IMG/VR virus record: IMGVR_UViG_3300025015_000014
Location: 32,001-96,000 of that record
Length of the DNA stretch: 64,000 bases
Direction: 5' to 3' (one strand)
DNA from: a virus
Of this stretch, positions 10,082-19,902 are shown piece after piece (the first letter of the stretch is position 1; every line of letters begins with the position of its first letter). The position numbers and the translations under genes are program-made. The notes beneath the pieces are model-generated. The model saw nothing but the letters and a program-made list of their open reading frames with translations, was not told the origin of the DNA and did no database searches.

Positions 10082-10744
10082 TCATACAATACCAAAAACC
10101 AACAGCCACGAAGGCGATCCATCATTGCCCCAACCATCTGGTTCAACCCGCTTTCCAGAAGGGGTTGTGGCCACTGCATCATCCGACATTTTCTCCAATC
10201 GGGCTAAACCTGGTGGCTTTGCCACTCCCCCGACCATCTCCCAAAGTCGGGTGATGGATACCTTCATGGGGTCAAACCGGTAGTTTCGTCCGGTCGTGGG
10301 CGACACCCATTCCAGAACCAAATGGGCCAGGGTTGCTCCATGGGGATCCCGTTCACCGAGATACTTGACCTCGGCACGGGTTCCTTTGGGGACTATGTCC
10401 CCGTTCTTGAGCTTCAGGTCTTTCTTGGTGGCGGTCATCCCGGCCTTCTTCTGACTGGCAAAAAAATGACTGGGAAGCCTGAGACCCAAAGAATTAGCCG
10501 CCTTGAAGATGTTGTTCCTCTGAAGGTCTGGTTGCCACCGACCTACGTTCTCGACGGATCCATGAAGCCGAGCGAGAGCCTCACGCTGGTTAGTTGTCAG
10601 GTCTAGGGCATCGGCAAGAGCCGACCAAACATCCCGGAGCAATTCGGCTGATTGTTCATCAGTTTTTGCCAGACTGTCATAGAGCCTCTCAAAGGCTTGA
10701 CGCCCAACCAGAGCCCCCAAAACATCATGTCCGGTCATGGGCAT
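10082..10744 (-). CDS. Hypothetical two-module protein
   Basis: Two segments joined at FFASQKKAG; C-terminal VEPDG...SPSWL phage-type motif. Confidence 0.6.
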   Translation of the reverse strand: MPMTGHDVLGALVGRQAFERLYDSLAKTDEQSAELLRDVWSALADALDLTTNQREALARLHGSVENVGRWQPDLQRNNIFKAANSLGLRLPSHFFASQKKAGMTATKKDLKLKNGDIVPKGTRAEVKYLGERDPHGATLAHLVLEWVSPTTGRNYRFDPMKVSITRLWEMVGGVAKPPGLARLEKMSDDAVATTPSGKRVEPDGWGNDGSPSWLLVFGIV

Positions 10745-10745
10745 A

Positions 10746-11303
10746 TTACACCTTCAAGGGTTTGCCATTTTCGGAAAACAGCCGTTCGATCACGTAGTTC
10801 TCGCCCTGTTTCTTGACTGCCCACAAGTCCTTGGTGGCCTTGTGAACCAGATCATCGCCATGCTTCGAGGAGGCAAAGAAAGAGGACAAGTCCCCTAAGT
10901 CACTGACTACCATTCGCATCGACCGAGCATGACGAGTAGCCGTAGAAGCCAGCCGAAGATGCTCTGCCATGATAGGTCTGAACTTGCCGTCATCCCAAAG
11001 GACAAAAGCTCGTTCGTCGAGAGCCGTGACATCCCCTGATCCAGAACGAACCGTGACAACGGTACCCTCGGAATTTGGTTCTGGGGCATCTGGGTAGGTT
11101 AGCAATGCCCCCAGATTGGCCACGAAACGAACCCGTGTACCCGCCGGTTGGGGGAGCGGGAGTGCCTTGGCGGCCCTGGCGGCATCCGTAAGGTCTCGCA
11201 GGGCTATCGTCTGTGACCCCTGGAGCTTTCGTTCCTGAAGGTGATGGTCAATGGCGGATTCAACCACGTAGGCTGTGCTCATGTCATCCCAGAAGCCGTC
11301 CAT
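10746..11303 (-). CDS. Hypothetical protein (SH3/KOW-like segment)
   Basis: AGGAGG RBS before MDGFWDD; AGTRVRF...EGTVV...VLWDDG pattern. Confidence 0.6.
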   Translation of the reverse strand: MDGFWDDMSTAYVVESAIDHHLQERKLQGSQTIALRDLTDAARAAKALPLPQPAGTRVRFVANLGALLTYPDAPEPNSEGTVVTVRSGSGDVTALDERAFVLWDDGKFRPIMAEHLRLASTATRHARSMRMVVSDLGDLSSFFASSKHGDDLVHKATKDLWAVKKQGENYVIERLFSENGKPLKV

Positions 11304-11305
11304 GT

Positions 11306-12025
11306 TTAGACCCCTCCTGGAATAGGAGCCTGTTTCCCCACCCGATCCCCAGGAGAGGCAACGTCCAACAAATAGGCATTCCCGTTCGGCGTCCGCCAAT
11401 AACCCCCAAAGAGACTACTGTCATCCCGCCATTTCATTTGCTGTCCACGGGCAAAAGTCTCGATCTGATCAAGGCTTCCCATAGCCACAATCGTACCTGT
11501 GGCCCCCGTCACGGACGCTTGCTCCACCAACTTGAGGTTCCTGTCACCGGCTGTTCTCCGCAACAGGGGCAAGAGGTGTTGTCTCAGTTCTGGGTGCTCA
11601 TGAGCCAACTTGATGATCTGTTCTCGCAAGCCACTCGCTTTGAGAATGCGGTGCTCTTGTAGATACTTCAAAAGCCGTTCTGGTTCCGCCTGGGTCTCAT
11701 CCAAAACGAAAGCAATCGGGTTCTTCATGATGTGCTCGGCTATCCGTCTAGCCTCTTGCTCCGAACGAACCTTCTTGGAATACCACTGATAGTAAGGGGC
11801 TGATCCCCCATGCCCGGGATACCTTGGTGCCATGCTCACATGGAACTCATCGGGCTTTGCTACAACACTTCCCCGATCAACCACAACACCCACGAACAGA
11901 GTCTTGTTATACCAAGCTGCGATCTGCCACTCCGGAAACGGTACTTTCACTTCTTCCCATTTCAAGAATGCTCTTGGAGGGCGAACCTTCCAAAGATGCA
12001 ACCGGGCCAACATCTCATTCCCCAT
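11306..12025 (-). CDS. Modular protein with an internal LAHxHPELR tag
   Basis: LKASGLREQIIKLAHEHPELRQHLLPLLRRTA lies between two unrelated modules. Confidence 0.65.
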   Translation of the reverse strand: MGNEMLARLHLWKVRPPRAFLKWEEVKVPFPEWQIAAWYNKTLFVGVVVDRGSVVAKPDEFHVSMAPRYPGHGGSAPYYQWYSKKVRSEQEARRIAEHIMKNPIAFVLDETQAEPERLLKYLQEHRILKASGLREQIIKLAHEHPELRQHLLPLLRRTAGDRNLKLVEQASVTGATGTIVAMGSLDQIETFARGQQMKWRDDSSLFGGYWRTPNGNAYLLDVASPGDRVGKQAPIPGGV

Positions 12026-13278
12026 TAGTTCACCCCTCCCCGGCACACAGTCCATCTCACGGACATCGTCTGTGCCGAATTGAAGTTGATCGTGAATCCA
12101 GCAGCCGTCCTGGCAGTGGTCCACGGTGGTTCGTCATTGGCCGGGTGAGCCCCAAGCTCCAAACCAACCCTGTAGTTTGTATCCGGCTGGGGCACAGCAA
12201 ACACAACCGCCTTAGTGGCCTCAGCCCCGAAAGCTACCTCCCCATACTGCACGGTTTCGCTCAAAGTGGCTGTTCCCCCTGGTGTGATCGTGCCCCTTGT
12301 TGACCCTGTCAAACGCAAGGCCAGGGAATCTGCGAGGGTGATGCTTCCCAGGGTCGAGCCCTGAATCACAATGGGTCGGTCTCCTGACAGGGTTGTCGTG
12401 GCTACCGTGCAGCCATTGAGCAAAACAGACCCGGTCCCGATCATCCCCAGAGTCACGGGGAACAGCAACGTGGAAACGGCACCCACGTCACAAGCGTCTA
12501 CCAGGTACAAGGGGGTGGCCCCATCGGACGGGAGGTCATTGGTGTTGTCATAGGTCAACTGAATACCGGGTACTCGGTTGATTGACCGAAGCATAACTCG
12601 GGAACAGTCTTCAGCACGGATCAGAGCCAGGGTCGAAGAAGCCATCTGGGAACCACCTTGAACCAGAATCCGATTGGCTGTGGTTGCCCATAGAGGATAG
12701 TTACCTCCCGCAGCCGAGGCTTCCAGGTCACAATCCAGGATCTGAATCCCTCGGAGACCAACATTGGAGGCAGCTCCACCCACGACCCGGACACAAGCAA
12801 AGGTGTCATGGATGTTCTGAATCGTGAGTCCCTGAAGAATCACTGAGGTCGGGGTTGTTCCCAGGGCCGTCTGAATGACGATGGTGTGGTATGCAGCCGG
12901 ACCATTCGGAACCGTCTCGACTGCCCGAATGACCGGGTTACCCCAACCCAGAAGCATGACCCCATCGCGCACGATGTTGAGTGTCTCGGTGTAGAGGCCC
13001 GGCCCGACAATGACCACGTAGGGGTTCTGCCAGGAGGCACTGGACGGGATGACATCAAGAGCAGCCTGAATGGTTGTGTATCTGGCCCCGGCTCCGGATC
13101 GGCCTACGAGAAGAAGGTTGCCAACCGCGATCCCGGCCAGTTGTCGTAAGGTGATGGCCCCCGTGATGAGGGCATCCAGAAACTCCAGGGATCCATCAGT
13201 AGCACGACGGATCAGTCGTAGCCCTGCGGCACCGGGTTCAATCTGAAGTTGGTCAATCTGGAATGGATCTTGGGCCAT
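12025..13278 (-). CDS. Virion protein with a pectin-lyase-like beta-helix (tailspike/fibre-like)
   Basis: YTTIQAALD...VIVGPGLYTETL start of beta-helix; C-terminal RTAAGFTINF module. Confidence 0.65.
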   Translation of the reverse strand: MAQDPFQIDQLQIEPGAAGLRLIRRATDGSLEFLDALITGAITLRQLAGIAVGNLLLVGRSGAGARYTTIQAALDVIPSSASWQNPYVVIVGPGLYTETLNIVRDGVMLLGWGNPVIRAVETVPNGPAAYHTIVIQTALGTTPTSVILQGLTIQNIHDTFACVRVVGGAASNVGLRGIQILDCDLEASAAGGNYPLWATTANRILVQGGSQMASSTLALIRAEDCSRVMLRSINRVPGIQLTYDNTNDLPSDGATPLYLVDACDVGAVSTLLFPVTLGMIGTGSVLLNGCTVATTTLSGDRPIVIQGSTLGSITLADSLALRLTGSTRGTITPGGTATLSETVQYGEVAFGAEATKAVVFAVPQPDTNYRVGLELGAHPANDEPPWTTARTAAGFTINFNSAQTMSVRWTVCRGGVN

Positions 13279-13283
13279 TCAGC

Positions 13284-13970
13284 CTACCCCACAAACACGT
13301 CGTAGCCGACGGTAACAGATTGCCCAGCCCCAAGCACCTGACCCAAAATAATCGTGAACCCGGTCTTGGCCTTACTGGTGGCTGTAGCCGTAAAGAACCC
13401 GTTGGGAGAGAACACCACCCGGTAAGCCGCCGTGGACAAGGCCGCCGTAAACACTACCGCCTTTGATCCCCCATCTGCATCCGTCAGGGTTACTGTCCCA
13501 CTGGTGGTGCTCACTTGCTGCGTGGCAACCAGAATCACGTAGGTCACGGTGATGGGGACGAGTACCGTACCATAGATTGCCGGGGCTTCGGCTGTGAACC
13601 CGGTTGCCGTCTTGCCCGTGGTTCGAAGGATCGTCCCATCGGGGGTTGTGTAGACCACTCGATAGTTGGCGTTGTTGAGAACCCCTGGAGCAATGACCAC
13701 TGCCATTGAGGCTACGCCCGCAAAGACAATGTTCCCACTAACCACCTGTGTTTCGTGAAGAAGCTGTGTGGTTGTGTACTTGGCCTCTGTGATGTCATCC
13801 ATTACGGAGGTCGGGACACTGGTGATTGAATCTGTAATGAGTCCCTTTGGTCCTCGGATGTTTCGTACCGACACCAAACCCTGGGCGTCTACCACCACAT
13901 CGAAGTAGTAGCTCTGCCCCCCGGATGCGGAGGTGTAGGTGATTACGGATTGAGTACGAGAAAGCGCCAT
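13284..13970 (-). CDS. Putative virion structural protein with repeated fibre-tip-like modules
   Basis: Two NYRVV...KTATGFT / AYRVV...KAKTGFT units resembling the C-terminus of 12025..13278. Confidence 0.55.
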   Translation of the reverse strand: MALSRTQSVITYTSASGGQSYYFDVVVDAQGLVSVRNIRGPKGLITDSITSVPTSVMDDITEAKYTTTQLLHETQVVSGNIVFAGVASMAVVIAPGVLNNANYRVVYTTPDGTILRTTGKTATGFTAEAPAIYGTVLVPITVTYVILVATQQVSTTSGTVTLTDADGGSKAVVFTAALSTAAYRVVFSPNGFFTATATSKAKTGFTIILGQVLGAGQSVTVGYDVFVG

Positions 13971-14698
13971 CACACCCCTCGTGGCCGATGACGAAGCAAG
14001 GGTACCAAAAGGCAACGGAATTCCGGATGCTCATGGGCCAGCTTGGCAATCTGGTCCCGCAATCCCCCTGCCGTCTTGATCCTGACATCTCCTTCTATGT
14101 AGTTCCGCATGTTGAGGGAGAAACGCACCCCAGGGTATCTATCAAGATTGAATTTGATGCTCGACCCAGTAACAGCCACGATCTGTCCTGCATCCCCCAC
14201 CCGTATGGGGTATGCCCGACCAAACATGAGGGGCTTCAGGAACTCCAGGGTCATCCCTTTCTTGGGCTGAACGAGATGGGTTTCCCCAGCCTCAAGCAAG
14301 GTGAAATACTTGGGGTTCCACTGTCGAATTTTAGCCCCGTGTTGTTCCTGCGTCAGGGTGCCCCCACCCGCCTTTTGGGCCAGAATCTTGTCCCACTCCG
14401 GGTGTTCATACATGGGGATGCTGTACTCTATGTCCTCTTCGTACCAGTACGCCCCACCCCAAAAATCCCCGAGTTTGACAGCGGCAGGGGTCAACATCTT
14501 CCGGGCCACTGAGGGAGATACCATCAAGCCGCCGTGCCCCGCTGTAGTGAACCAACGAACCCCTGGGATTATGTTGTAGACCCCTTGAGCCGGTCCCCAT
14601 GGCGTTTTGGGGGCTTTCGGATCCGGAAACGGGTAGTCCGACCAAGAACCGTCTTCGCCCGCCGTTCTGTACATCTTACCAAATCCCTGTTGTTTCAT
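13970..14698 (-). CDS. DUF7007-like domain protein with a C-terminal LAHxHPE tag
   Basis: TPWGPAQ...TAGHGGLMVS...WYEED motif; IKTAGGLRDQIAKLAHEHPEFRCLLVPLLR. Confidence 0.6.
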   Translation of the reverse strand: MKQQGFGKMYRTAGEDGSWSDYPFPDPKAPKTPWGPAQGVYNIIPGVRWFTTAGHGGLMVSPSVARKMLTPAAVKLGDFWGGAYWYEEDIEYSIPMYEHPEWDKILAQKAGGGTLTQEQHGAKIRQWNPKYFTLLEAGETHLVQPKKGMTLEFLKPLMFGRAYPIRVGDAGQIVAVTGSSIKFNLDRYPGVRFSLNMRNYIEGDVRIKTAGGLRDQIAKLAHEHPEFRCLLVPLLRHRPRGV

Positions 14699-14999
14699 AG
14701 TCCCGTTTCTCGAACCAACTCTGAAGTTTCATCAAGGCTTCCCGGTTCCGGGACCATATCTCAACCGCATCGAAGTCCTCTTTGATCCCCAAGTCACGGA
14801 TTGGGGTCAGCCCTTCCATTGCCACGCGACCATCTCGGAAGGACTTCAGTAGACTCGGGAGATTCTTGATCTCACAGGTTCCATACAGGACACGGAGACG
14901 GTACTCGGGAGAAGCCATTTGCATGATCCAACGACGGGCAACCCGATGGACCATGATGACGTGTTTCTCTTTCTCGGGTTCTGGCACGGGTGCCCCCAC
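14676..14999 (-). CDS. Hypothetical protein with an RVAxR tag
   Basis: MVHRVARRWIMQMA. Confidence 0.6.
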   Translation of the reverse strand: MGAPVPEPEKEKHVIMVHRVARRWIMQMASPEYRLRVLYGTCEIKNLPSLLKSFRDGRVAMEGLTPIRDLGIKEDFDAVEIWSRNREALMKLQSWFEKRDYETTGIW

Positions 15000-15035
15000 T
15001 CTCTACCGTGGGGCTTCCGATAGCCTCTTTACCGA

Positions 15036-15638
15036 CTAACAGATTCGGTAGACGACCCGATCTCCACAGGTGACCCGACGAACCTCACGCAGGATATTGA
15101 GATTGGCCGCAATGTGGTCGAAAAGCTCAACATACTTCTGGAACTTCCGGTAGACACGCATCCGTTCAACAGTTCGTTGGAACCGATGTCTGACCAGTCC
15201 CTGAGAGACCCCGAGTTGGGAGGCCACCTCACTTTGACAGGTCGTTTCCACCATGCGGAGCATGATCTGAACATCCAGGGGGTCAGACAAGAGACCGCCA
15301 AGATCCTTTGCAAGCGTTTCCGTGTCTATTTGGGGAAGGTGAAACAGGAATTTCAATCGGTCAGCGGCTCGTTGGAGGCGATAGCACACGGTTGGTTGGG
15401 AGACTCCGAAAAGATGGGCTATGTCCGTTTGCCTGAGTCGTCTGAAGAAATATAGGTCAATGAAATCGGCCTCTCTGGGTGGCAAACTCTCCATGACCAC
15501 ACGCACCTTGGTCAAGGCTTGGTTGTCTTCAGCAGTGGGATCTGTAAAAACAGACCCCAGGAAGCTAATGCCATCTTCCACTGCAAATTGATTCTCGATT
15601 TGACTAGGATCCATTGTGCGATAGCCAGACCAAGACAT
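15036..15638 (-). CDS. Protein with two tandem sigma-70 region-4-like HTH domains
   Basis: LPPREADFIDLYFF..RQTDIAHLFGVSQPTVCYRLQRA and DVQIMLRM..TCQSEVASQLGVSQGLVRHRFQR. Confidence 0.75.
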   Translation of the reverse strand: MSWSGYRTMDPSQIENQFAVEDGISFLGSVFTDPTAEDNQALTKVRVVMESLPPREADFIDLYFFRRLRQTDIAHLFGVSQPTVCYRLQRAADRLKFLFHLPQIDTETLAKDLGGLLSDPLDVQIMLRMVETTCQSEVASQLGVSQGLVRHRFQRTVERMRVYRKFQKYVELFDHIAANLNILREVRRVTCGDRVVYRIC

Positions 15639-15715
15639 GCGTAAGCCCCCCGTGCCCGTATGAAAGCCCGAAAAGCTCAAGCTCCAATATACTACCACGG
15701 GTCATTCAAGGGAGG

Positions 15716-16258
15716 TCAAGTATTTTTTGATGCCTCACTGACACAGTCTCGTGAAACCGATATCGTGGCTTTCAAGGATCGAAGCTCTATCTTGACCTGA
15801 ACCTGGCCATCTGCCAATCCAATGACCTCACCCTCCAAGCCTTGATAGTTCCCCTCCAAAACCGTGACCCGTTCTCCTATCTTCAGATCCGAGGTCACGG
15901 CTAGTTGTAGTTGTTTCCGCAGGTTCTGGATGGCCGAATCCGGGAGGGTTTGCAACGTCCGCAGGCATTCTTTGGTGCCTGCGGTGGACACGATTCTTTC
16001 GACATAGGACTTATGTTCCAGGGCAAAGTAGGTGGTTTCTGGCAACCCGGCCCCTACAAAAACATAGCCATCCATCAACCAAATGACGACCTGTTTTCCG
16101 TCACGTTCGTAGATGCGGGCCGGGATAAAGAGGGGGAATTCAGGACCGACCCCCAGGTCACATCGTATTGTGACCTCGAAGCTACCCTCTTCAACCTTGA
16201 GTTCCCCTTGATGCGTGATCTCAATGGCGACCCATGTTGGGGTGTCTCTGGGGTCCAA
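15716..16258 (-). CDS. nusG: NusG/RfaH-family transcription elongation factor
   Basis: NGN-like N-domain (WVAI...LMDGYVFV) and C-terminal KOW (GERVTVLEGNYQGLEGEV). Confidence 0.85.
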   Translation of the reverse strand: MDPRDTPTWVAIEITHQGELKVEEGSFEVTIRCDLGVGPEFPLFIPARIYERDGKQVVIWLMDGYVFVGAGLPETTYFALEHKSYVERIVSTAGTKECLRTLQTLPDSAIQNLRKQLQLAVTSDLKIGERVTVLEGNYQGLEGEVIGLADGQVQVKIELRSLKATISVSRDCVSEASKNT

Positions 16259-17681
16259 GTGTGTCGGCTCCTATCTCCAAATCCTGAAGCCACAGCCCAA
16301 GAAGCCGACCGAACTCGTTTGGTAGAAGAGTGCCGCCAGAAGAAACAGCCTTGGCCGCTAACTCATCCACGTTCCGAGTACACCGAGCATTCCGACAGAT
16401 GCCATCCACCGTGCGGCTCGGTAAGTCTTGTGGGTCTAAAGGAATTTGTCCCGTACCCACCCCACTTGGGATGTTACCACTGAGACTGACAGTTTGACCA
16501 GAAACAGGAGAGGATTCTGCAAGAGGCGTGACCGACTTTTCCGCCCCTGTTACAAGGATGGGGGTTACAGACGACCTTACAGGCTGCTGTTGCACGACCG
16601 TGATCTGGATTCCCTCCCCTGCCATCTGACCCCCGTAGTGCATGGCAGCAAGATCACAAAGCAACATGGCCTGGGTGGGTCGGCCTGGACGGGATCCCAA
16701 ACGGATTATGAAACCGAGCAGACCTTCCCGATATTGCTCATAGAGGGCTTTGAGCCGGACAGGCTCCAGATAGATGGGGGCTTTCAAGCCCAAGCCCACC
16801 CGATAGGCCCACATGCACAGGTCCATCATCTGGGTATAGATCATGGACGGAGAGGCTTGACTTGCCAAGCCCTCGACCAACTTGACCGCTGCCCCCAGAT
16901 CTTGTCCGATGAGTCCCAGTAGGTCCAGATAAAGACTTGCCTGGTCTAGTTTGAGATAGGCAGCCACGTTCGCCCGGTCGATTTTCCCAAGCAAACTGAT
17001 TCCCTCAATGGCCTTCAGGGCATCTCGGATATGCCCCTCTGTTACCTCGGCAATGAGGGGAAGCACTTCCGGGTCACAGGTGATACCTTCCTGGTCGCAT
17101 ACCCACGCAAGTCGTTGGGCCACCACGGGGGGTGGTACCGGGTCAATCATGAAAGCAGGAGCACATCTGGATAGGATGGTGTCCTTCATTCTGGCTGGCT
17201 CAGTCGTACAGAAGATGCAAACCAGTCGCTTGTTTCCCCCAGGGACGGTTTCCTCTAAGGGCTTGAGCATGGCATCCAAAGCATTGGCCGTGAGTTGGTG
17301 GGCCTCGTCGAACAAGTATATCCTCTGACGGCCAGAGAACGTCGAATACTGAAGCTCATCGGTCAAGGCCACCATGTACTCCTTGCCGGAGTTCGTGGCC
17401 GCATCAATCTCGATGAAATCTAGGGATTTTCCTGACAGGAAATCCCGACAAGACTCACACGTATCACAGGCATCCCCATCGGGGGATGGATTAGAGCACA
17501 GTAGACCCCGAGCCAGGATGCGACCGAGTGTGGTTTTTCCTGACCCCCAGGGACCAGCCAAGAGATAGGATTGGCGGAGTCCTGTGTGTGTTGCTATGTA
17601 TCGACGCAAGAGCTTGGTGATTCGCTCTTGGCCGAGTACATCGGCAAACCGGAGAGGCCGGTGTTTGGTATCCAAACCCAT
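16221..17681 (-). CDS. dnaX: DNA polymerase III gamma/tau-like clamp loader ATPase
   Basis: KHRPLRFADVLGQ, GPWGSGKTT, CDTCESC zinc module, EIDAAT, DEAHQL, TILSRC. Confidence 0.93.
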   Translation of the reverse strand: MGLDTKHRPLRFADVLGQERITKLLRRYIATHTGLRQSYLLAGPWGSGKTTLGRILARGLLCSNPSPDGDACDTCESCRDFLSGKSLDFIEIDAATNSGKEYMVALTDELQYSTFSGRQRIYLFDEAHQLTANALDAMLKPLEETVPGGNKRLVCIFCTTEPARMKDTILSRCAPAFMIDPVPPPVVAQRLAWVCDQEGITCDPEVLPLIAEVTEGHIRDALKAIEGISLLGKIDRANVAAYLKLDQASLYLDLLGLIGQDLGAAVKLVEGLASQASPSMIYTQMMDLCMWAYRVGLGLKAPIYLEPVRLKALYEQYREGLLGFIIRLGSRPGRPTQAMLLCDLAAMHYGGQMAGEGIQITVVQQQPVRSSVTPILVTGAEKSVTPLAESSPVSGQTVSLSGNIPSGVGTGQIPLDPQDLPSRTVDGICRNARCTRNVDELAAKAVSSGGTLLPNEFGRLLGLWLQDLEIGADTLGPQRHPNMGRH

Positions 17682-17707
17682 GCTTCACATCCCTGTCAGG
17701 CACAGGT

Positions 17708-18160
17708 TTACTTCCCGAACAATTCCTCGACCAGATTCGTTGACGGAGGTGCCCCGTCATACCGCCATGCCCCATGTCTTTCCAGTTCCTCCTTGAAAAA
17801 GGCCACGTCGGGCGGGCGAACGTATGTCTTGGTCTCTCCCGTTTGCTCATCCTCCGTGGCTCCACAAGCACACAGATGGTGGTCCAACAGGGCAGTCTGG
17901 TGCTTCGGGTCAAGCTCTTGCCAAACATCTGCTGCCAGAAGGATGATGAACTTCCAATGGGTTTCCGACAGCACCCCCAGAATGGCCGGGGCCTTCGAGG
18001 TTTTACCCGCGATGACCTTGCCGTCCACCTCGGAACCCTTTTCGCGGAACAGAACTGCGATTTCATCCACGACAGGTGCCAGAAGCGGGTGATACTTAGC
18101 CACCAAGTCCTTCATGGTCTTGATCACGTCGTCCCCTGCTTTCCAAACACTGCTAGCCAT
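17708..18160 (-). CDS. Putative phage metallopeptidase-like protein
   Basis: ALLDHHLCAC (degenerate HExxH-type)...PPDVAFF..ELERHGAW pattern. Confidence 0.6.
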   Translation of the reverse strand: MASSVWKAGDDVIKTMKDLVAKYHPLLAPVVDEIAVLFREKGSEVDGKVIAGKTSKAPAILGVLSETHWKFIILLAADVWQELDPKHQTALLDHHLCACGATEDEQTGETKTYVRPPDVAFFKEELERHGAWRYDGAPPSTNLVEELFGK

Positions 18161-18875
18161 CGAAACACACTCCTTCTGCAAAGGTTTTTCGGAGAGCTTC
18201 CACGCCCCCCCGGTCCCAAATCTCACCAGGATCCTTGCCCCCGCCATAGGGCACGTCCCGACACTTCAACCCTACCCGGCCCAACGACTGGAGTGCTCCC
18301 CAGCGTTTCTTTCCAGTTTCATCTACCCAACCGGTAATGCCCTTCCGGCCTGTCTCATCCCGGTCGTAAACCATATTCACCAAGCCCCGACAGAATCTTC
18401 GTAGGAATTCCACATGGGAGACGCTCAATCTTGCACGGACTGTCGCCAACACGGCATCTGTAGACGGGACGGCCCATTCCAAAGGGAACAAGTCGAACAA
18501 GCCCTCCACAATCCAGGCATCCCCACCCATCCACAGCTTCTCAACCGCGTTTTTGGTACCCAGGAAGAATGGATTCCAGGCGGCCTCATGTAAACGGTAA
18601 TCCGAAATGCGCTTCTCCCGAATCGAACGAGCCTCGAACCCGATGAGTTTACCCCGAGGGGATCTCACTGGACATACCAAGGCTCCGACCAGTGCCTCAC
18701 CTCTTGACCCATAGCGTTTCCGAAATTCCTCATCGGGCAAAGGCACATCTTGGGCCTGCCAAGTGACAATGCCTTCCCTTTGGATAGACTCGGGCTTCGC
18801 GCCCCTCCCCAGCAGATAGCTCTCGACCTCTGGGGTTAGACTACAGGTGGCCAGAGATTGCTCTAGCCAACTCAT
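18153..18875 (-). CDS. DnaG-type primase core (Toprim), no zinc finger visible
   Basis: YLLGRG, GKLIGFEAR, IVEGLFD, YDRDETG, KDPGE motifs. Confidence 0.85.
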   Translation of the reverse strand: MSWLEQSLATCSLTPEVESYLLGRGAKPESIQREGIVTWQAQDVPLPDEEFRKRYGSRGEALVGALVCPVRSPRGKLIGFEARSIREKRISDYRLHEAAWNPFFLGTKNAVEKLWMGGDAWIVEGLFDLFPLEWAVPSTDAVLATVRARLSVSHVEFLRRFCRGLVNMVYDRDETGRKGITGWVDETGKKRWGALQSLGRVGLKCRDVPYGGGKDPGEIWDRGGVEALRKTFAEGVCFDG

Positions 18876-19465
18876 TTCAAGGGGTCTCCGGCAAAGGCCA
18901 AACCCCGACTAGCATTGTGGACCGCCACCCAATGATGCCCCTTTGCCACATAACCCAAGGTGCCAAGGAACCCCCGGTCTTTCGAGACAACCACGGCTAG
19001 GTCTCCTGGTAGCCAAGAACAGAAACGGATGGAACACCCGAAGGTCTTGGGATTCAACCATTCAGGTCGCGTTTTCGGACTGTCGTGATGGGAATCATCC
19101 TTCAAGCGGGCAATCAGAAGCTCTGGCTCGGGGAGGTCATAGTATTTGGCTCGTTCCAGGGCGGCCTTAACCCCCTCCTGGGAGAACTCGAAGCCATTCT
19201 CCCATTGGTCAGCTTGTCCCCGCCGAGATATCTCCCGTACAACCCCCATGAAAACCTCTCCTGGAGAGGTCATGGGTCTCACGGCTGCCTTGAGGCTATT
19301 TTCAGGATGTGCTTCCTCAATCCAGAGCCACGGTTCTTTAGCCGCCGACACCAGATAAGGAGCCGTGTCAGGGGATATCCCCTCCAACTCGATCAGCAAA
19401 GGAGTCACCTCTTTGCGATCCATTGCCTTCGGGCGATGTCTCAAGACCTGTAATAGATGGCTCAC
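18872..19465 (-). CDS. Hypothetical protein
   Basis: ORF overlapping both neighbours by 4 nt. Confidence 0.6.
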   Translation of the reverse strand: MSHLLQVLRHRPKAMDRKEVTPLLIELEGISPDTAPYLVSAAKEPWLWIEEAHPENSLKAAVRPMTSPGEVFMGVVREISRRGQADQWENGFEFSQEGVKAALERAKYYDLPEPELLIARLKDDSHHDSPKTRPEWLNPKTFGCSIRFCSWLPGDLAVVVSKDRGFLGTLGYVAKGHHWVAVHNASRGLAFAGDPLK

Positions 19466-19902
19466 GATTCCACCCCCCCCGGTTCGACCTCGGTGATCCC
19501 CTCCCAGAGACCCCCACCATCTTCAGCCGTCCCCAGCACCCAAATCAAGGCAGCCACGTCTGGATACTCAGCGGCCAAGGGTCCCCGATCCGGAGCATGG
19601 ATCAGCCTATCCATCTTGACCTGAAATTCTTGTCTCAAGAGTTCCCGGCTTTTGATGGCCCCCCAAAAGGCACAGGCTTTGGCCTTCTCAACCCCGCCTA
19701 TCCGAATGTCACACACCTGGTCATAAGGCGACCCAGCGGCCGGACACTGGCATACTCGAACCTCGACATTGAGTTGTAGGGTCTTACTCGCATTGTGAGT
19801 ACAGGTCTGAGGACGTTGTCGAAGGGCATGACTCAAGAGATACTGGAGGTGACGAAAGATCACCTGCCGTAGTTTGTTTCGGATAACCGCCCATTCTTGC
19901 AT
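19462..19902 (-). CDS. Hypothetical Cys-containing protein
   Basis: Packed ORF with several Cys/His residues. Confidence 0.55.
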   Translation of the reverse strand: MQEWAVIRNKLRQVIFRHLQYLLSHALRQRPQTCTHNASKTLQLNVEVRVCQCPAAGSPYDQVCDIRIGGVEKAKACAFWGAIKSRELLRQEFQVKMDRLIHAPDRGPLAAEYPDVAALIWVLGTAEDGGGLWEGITEVEPGGVES

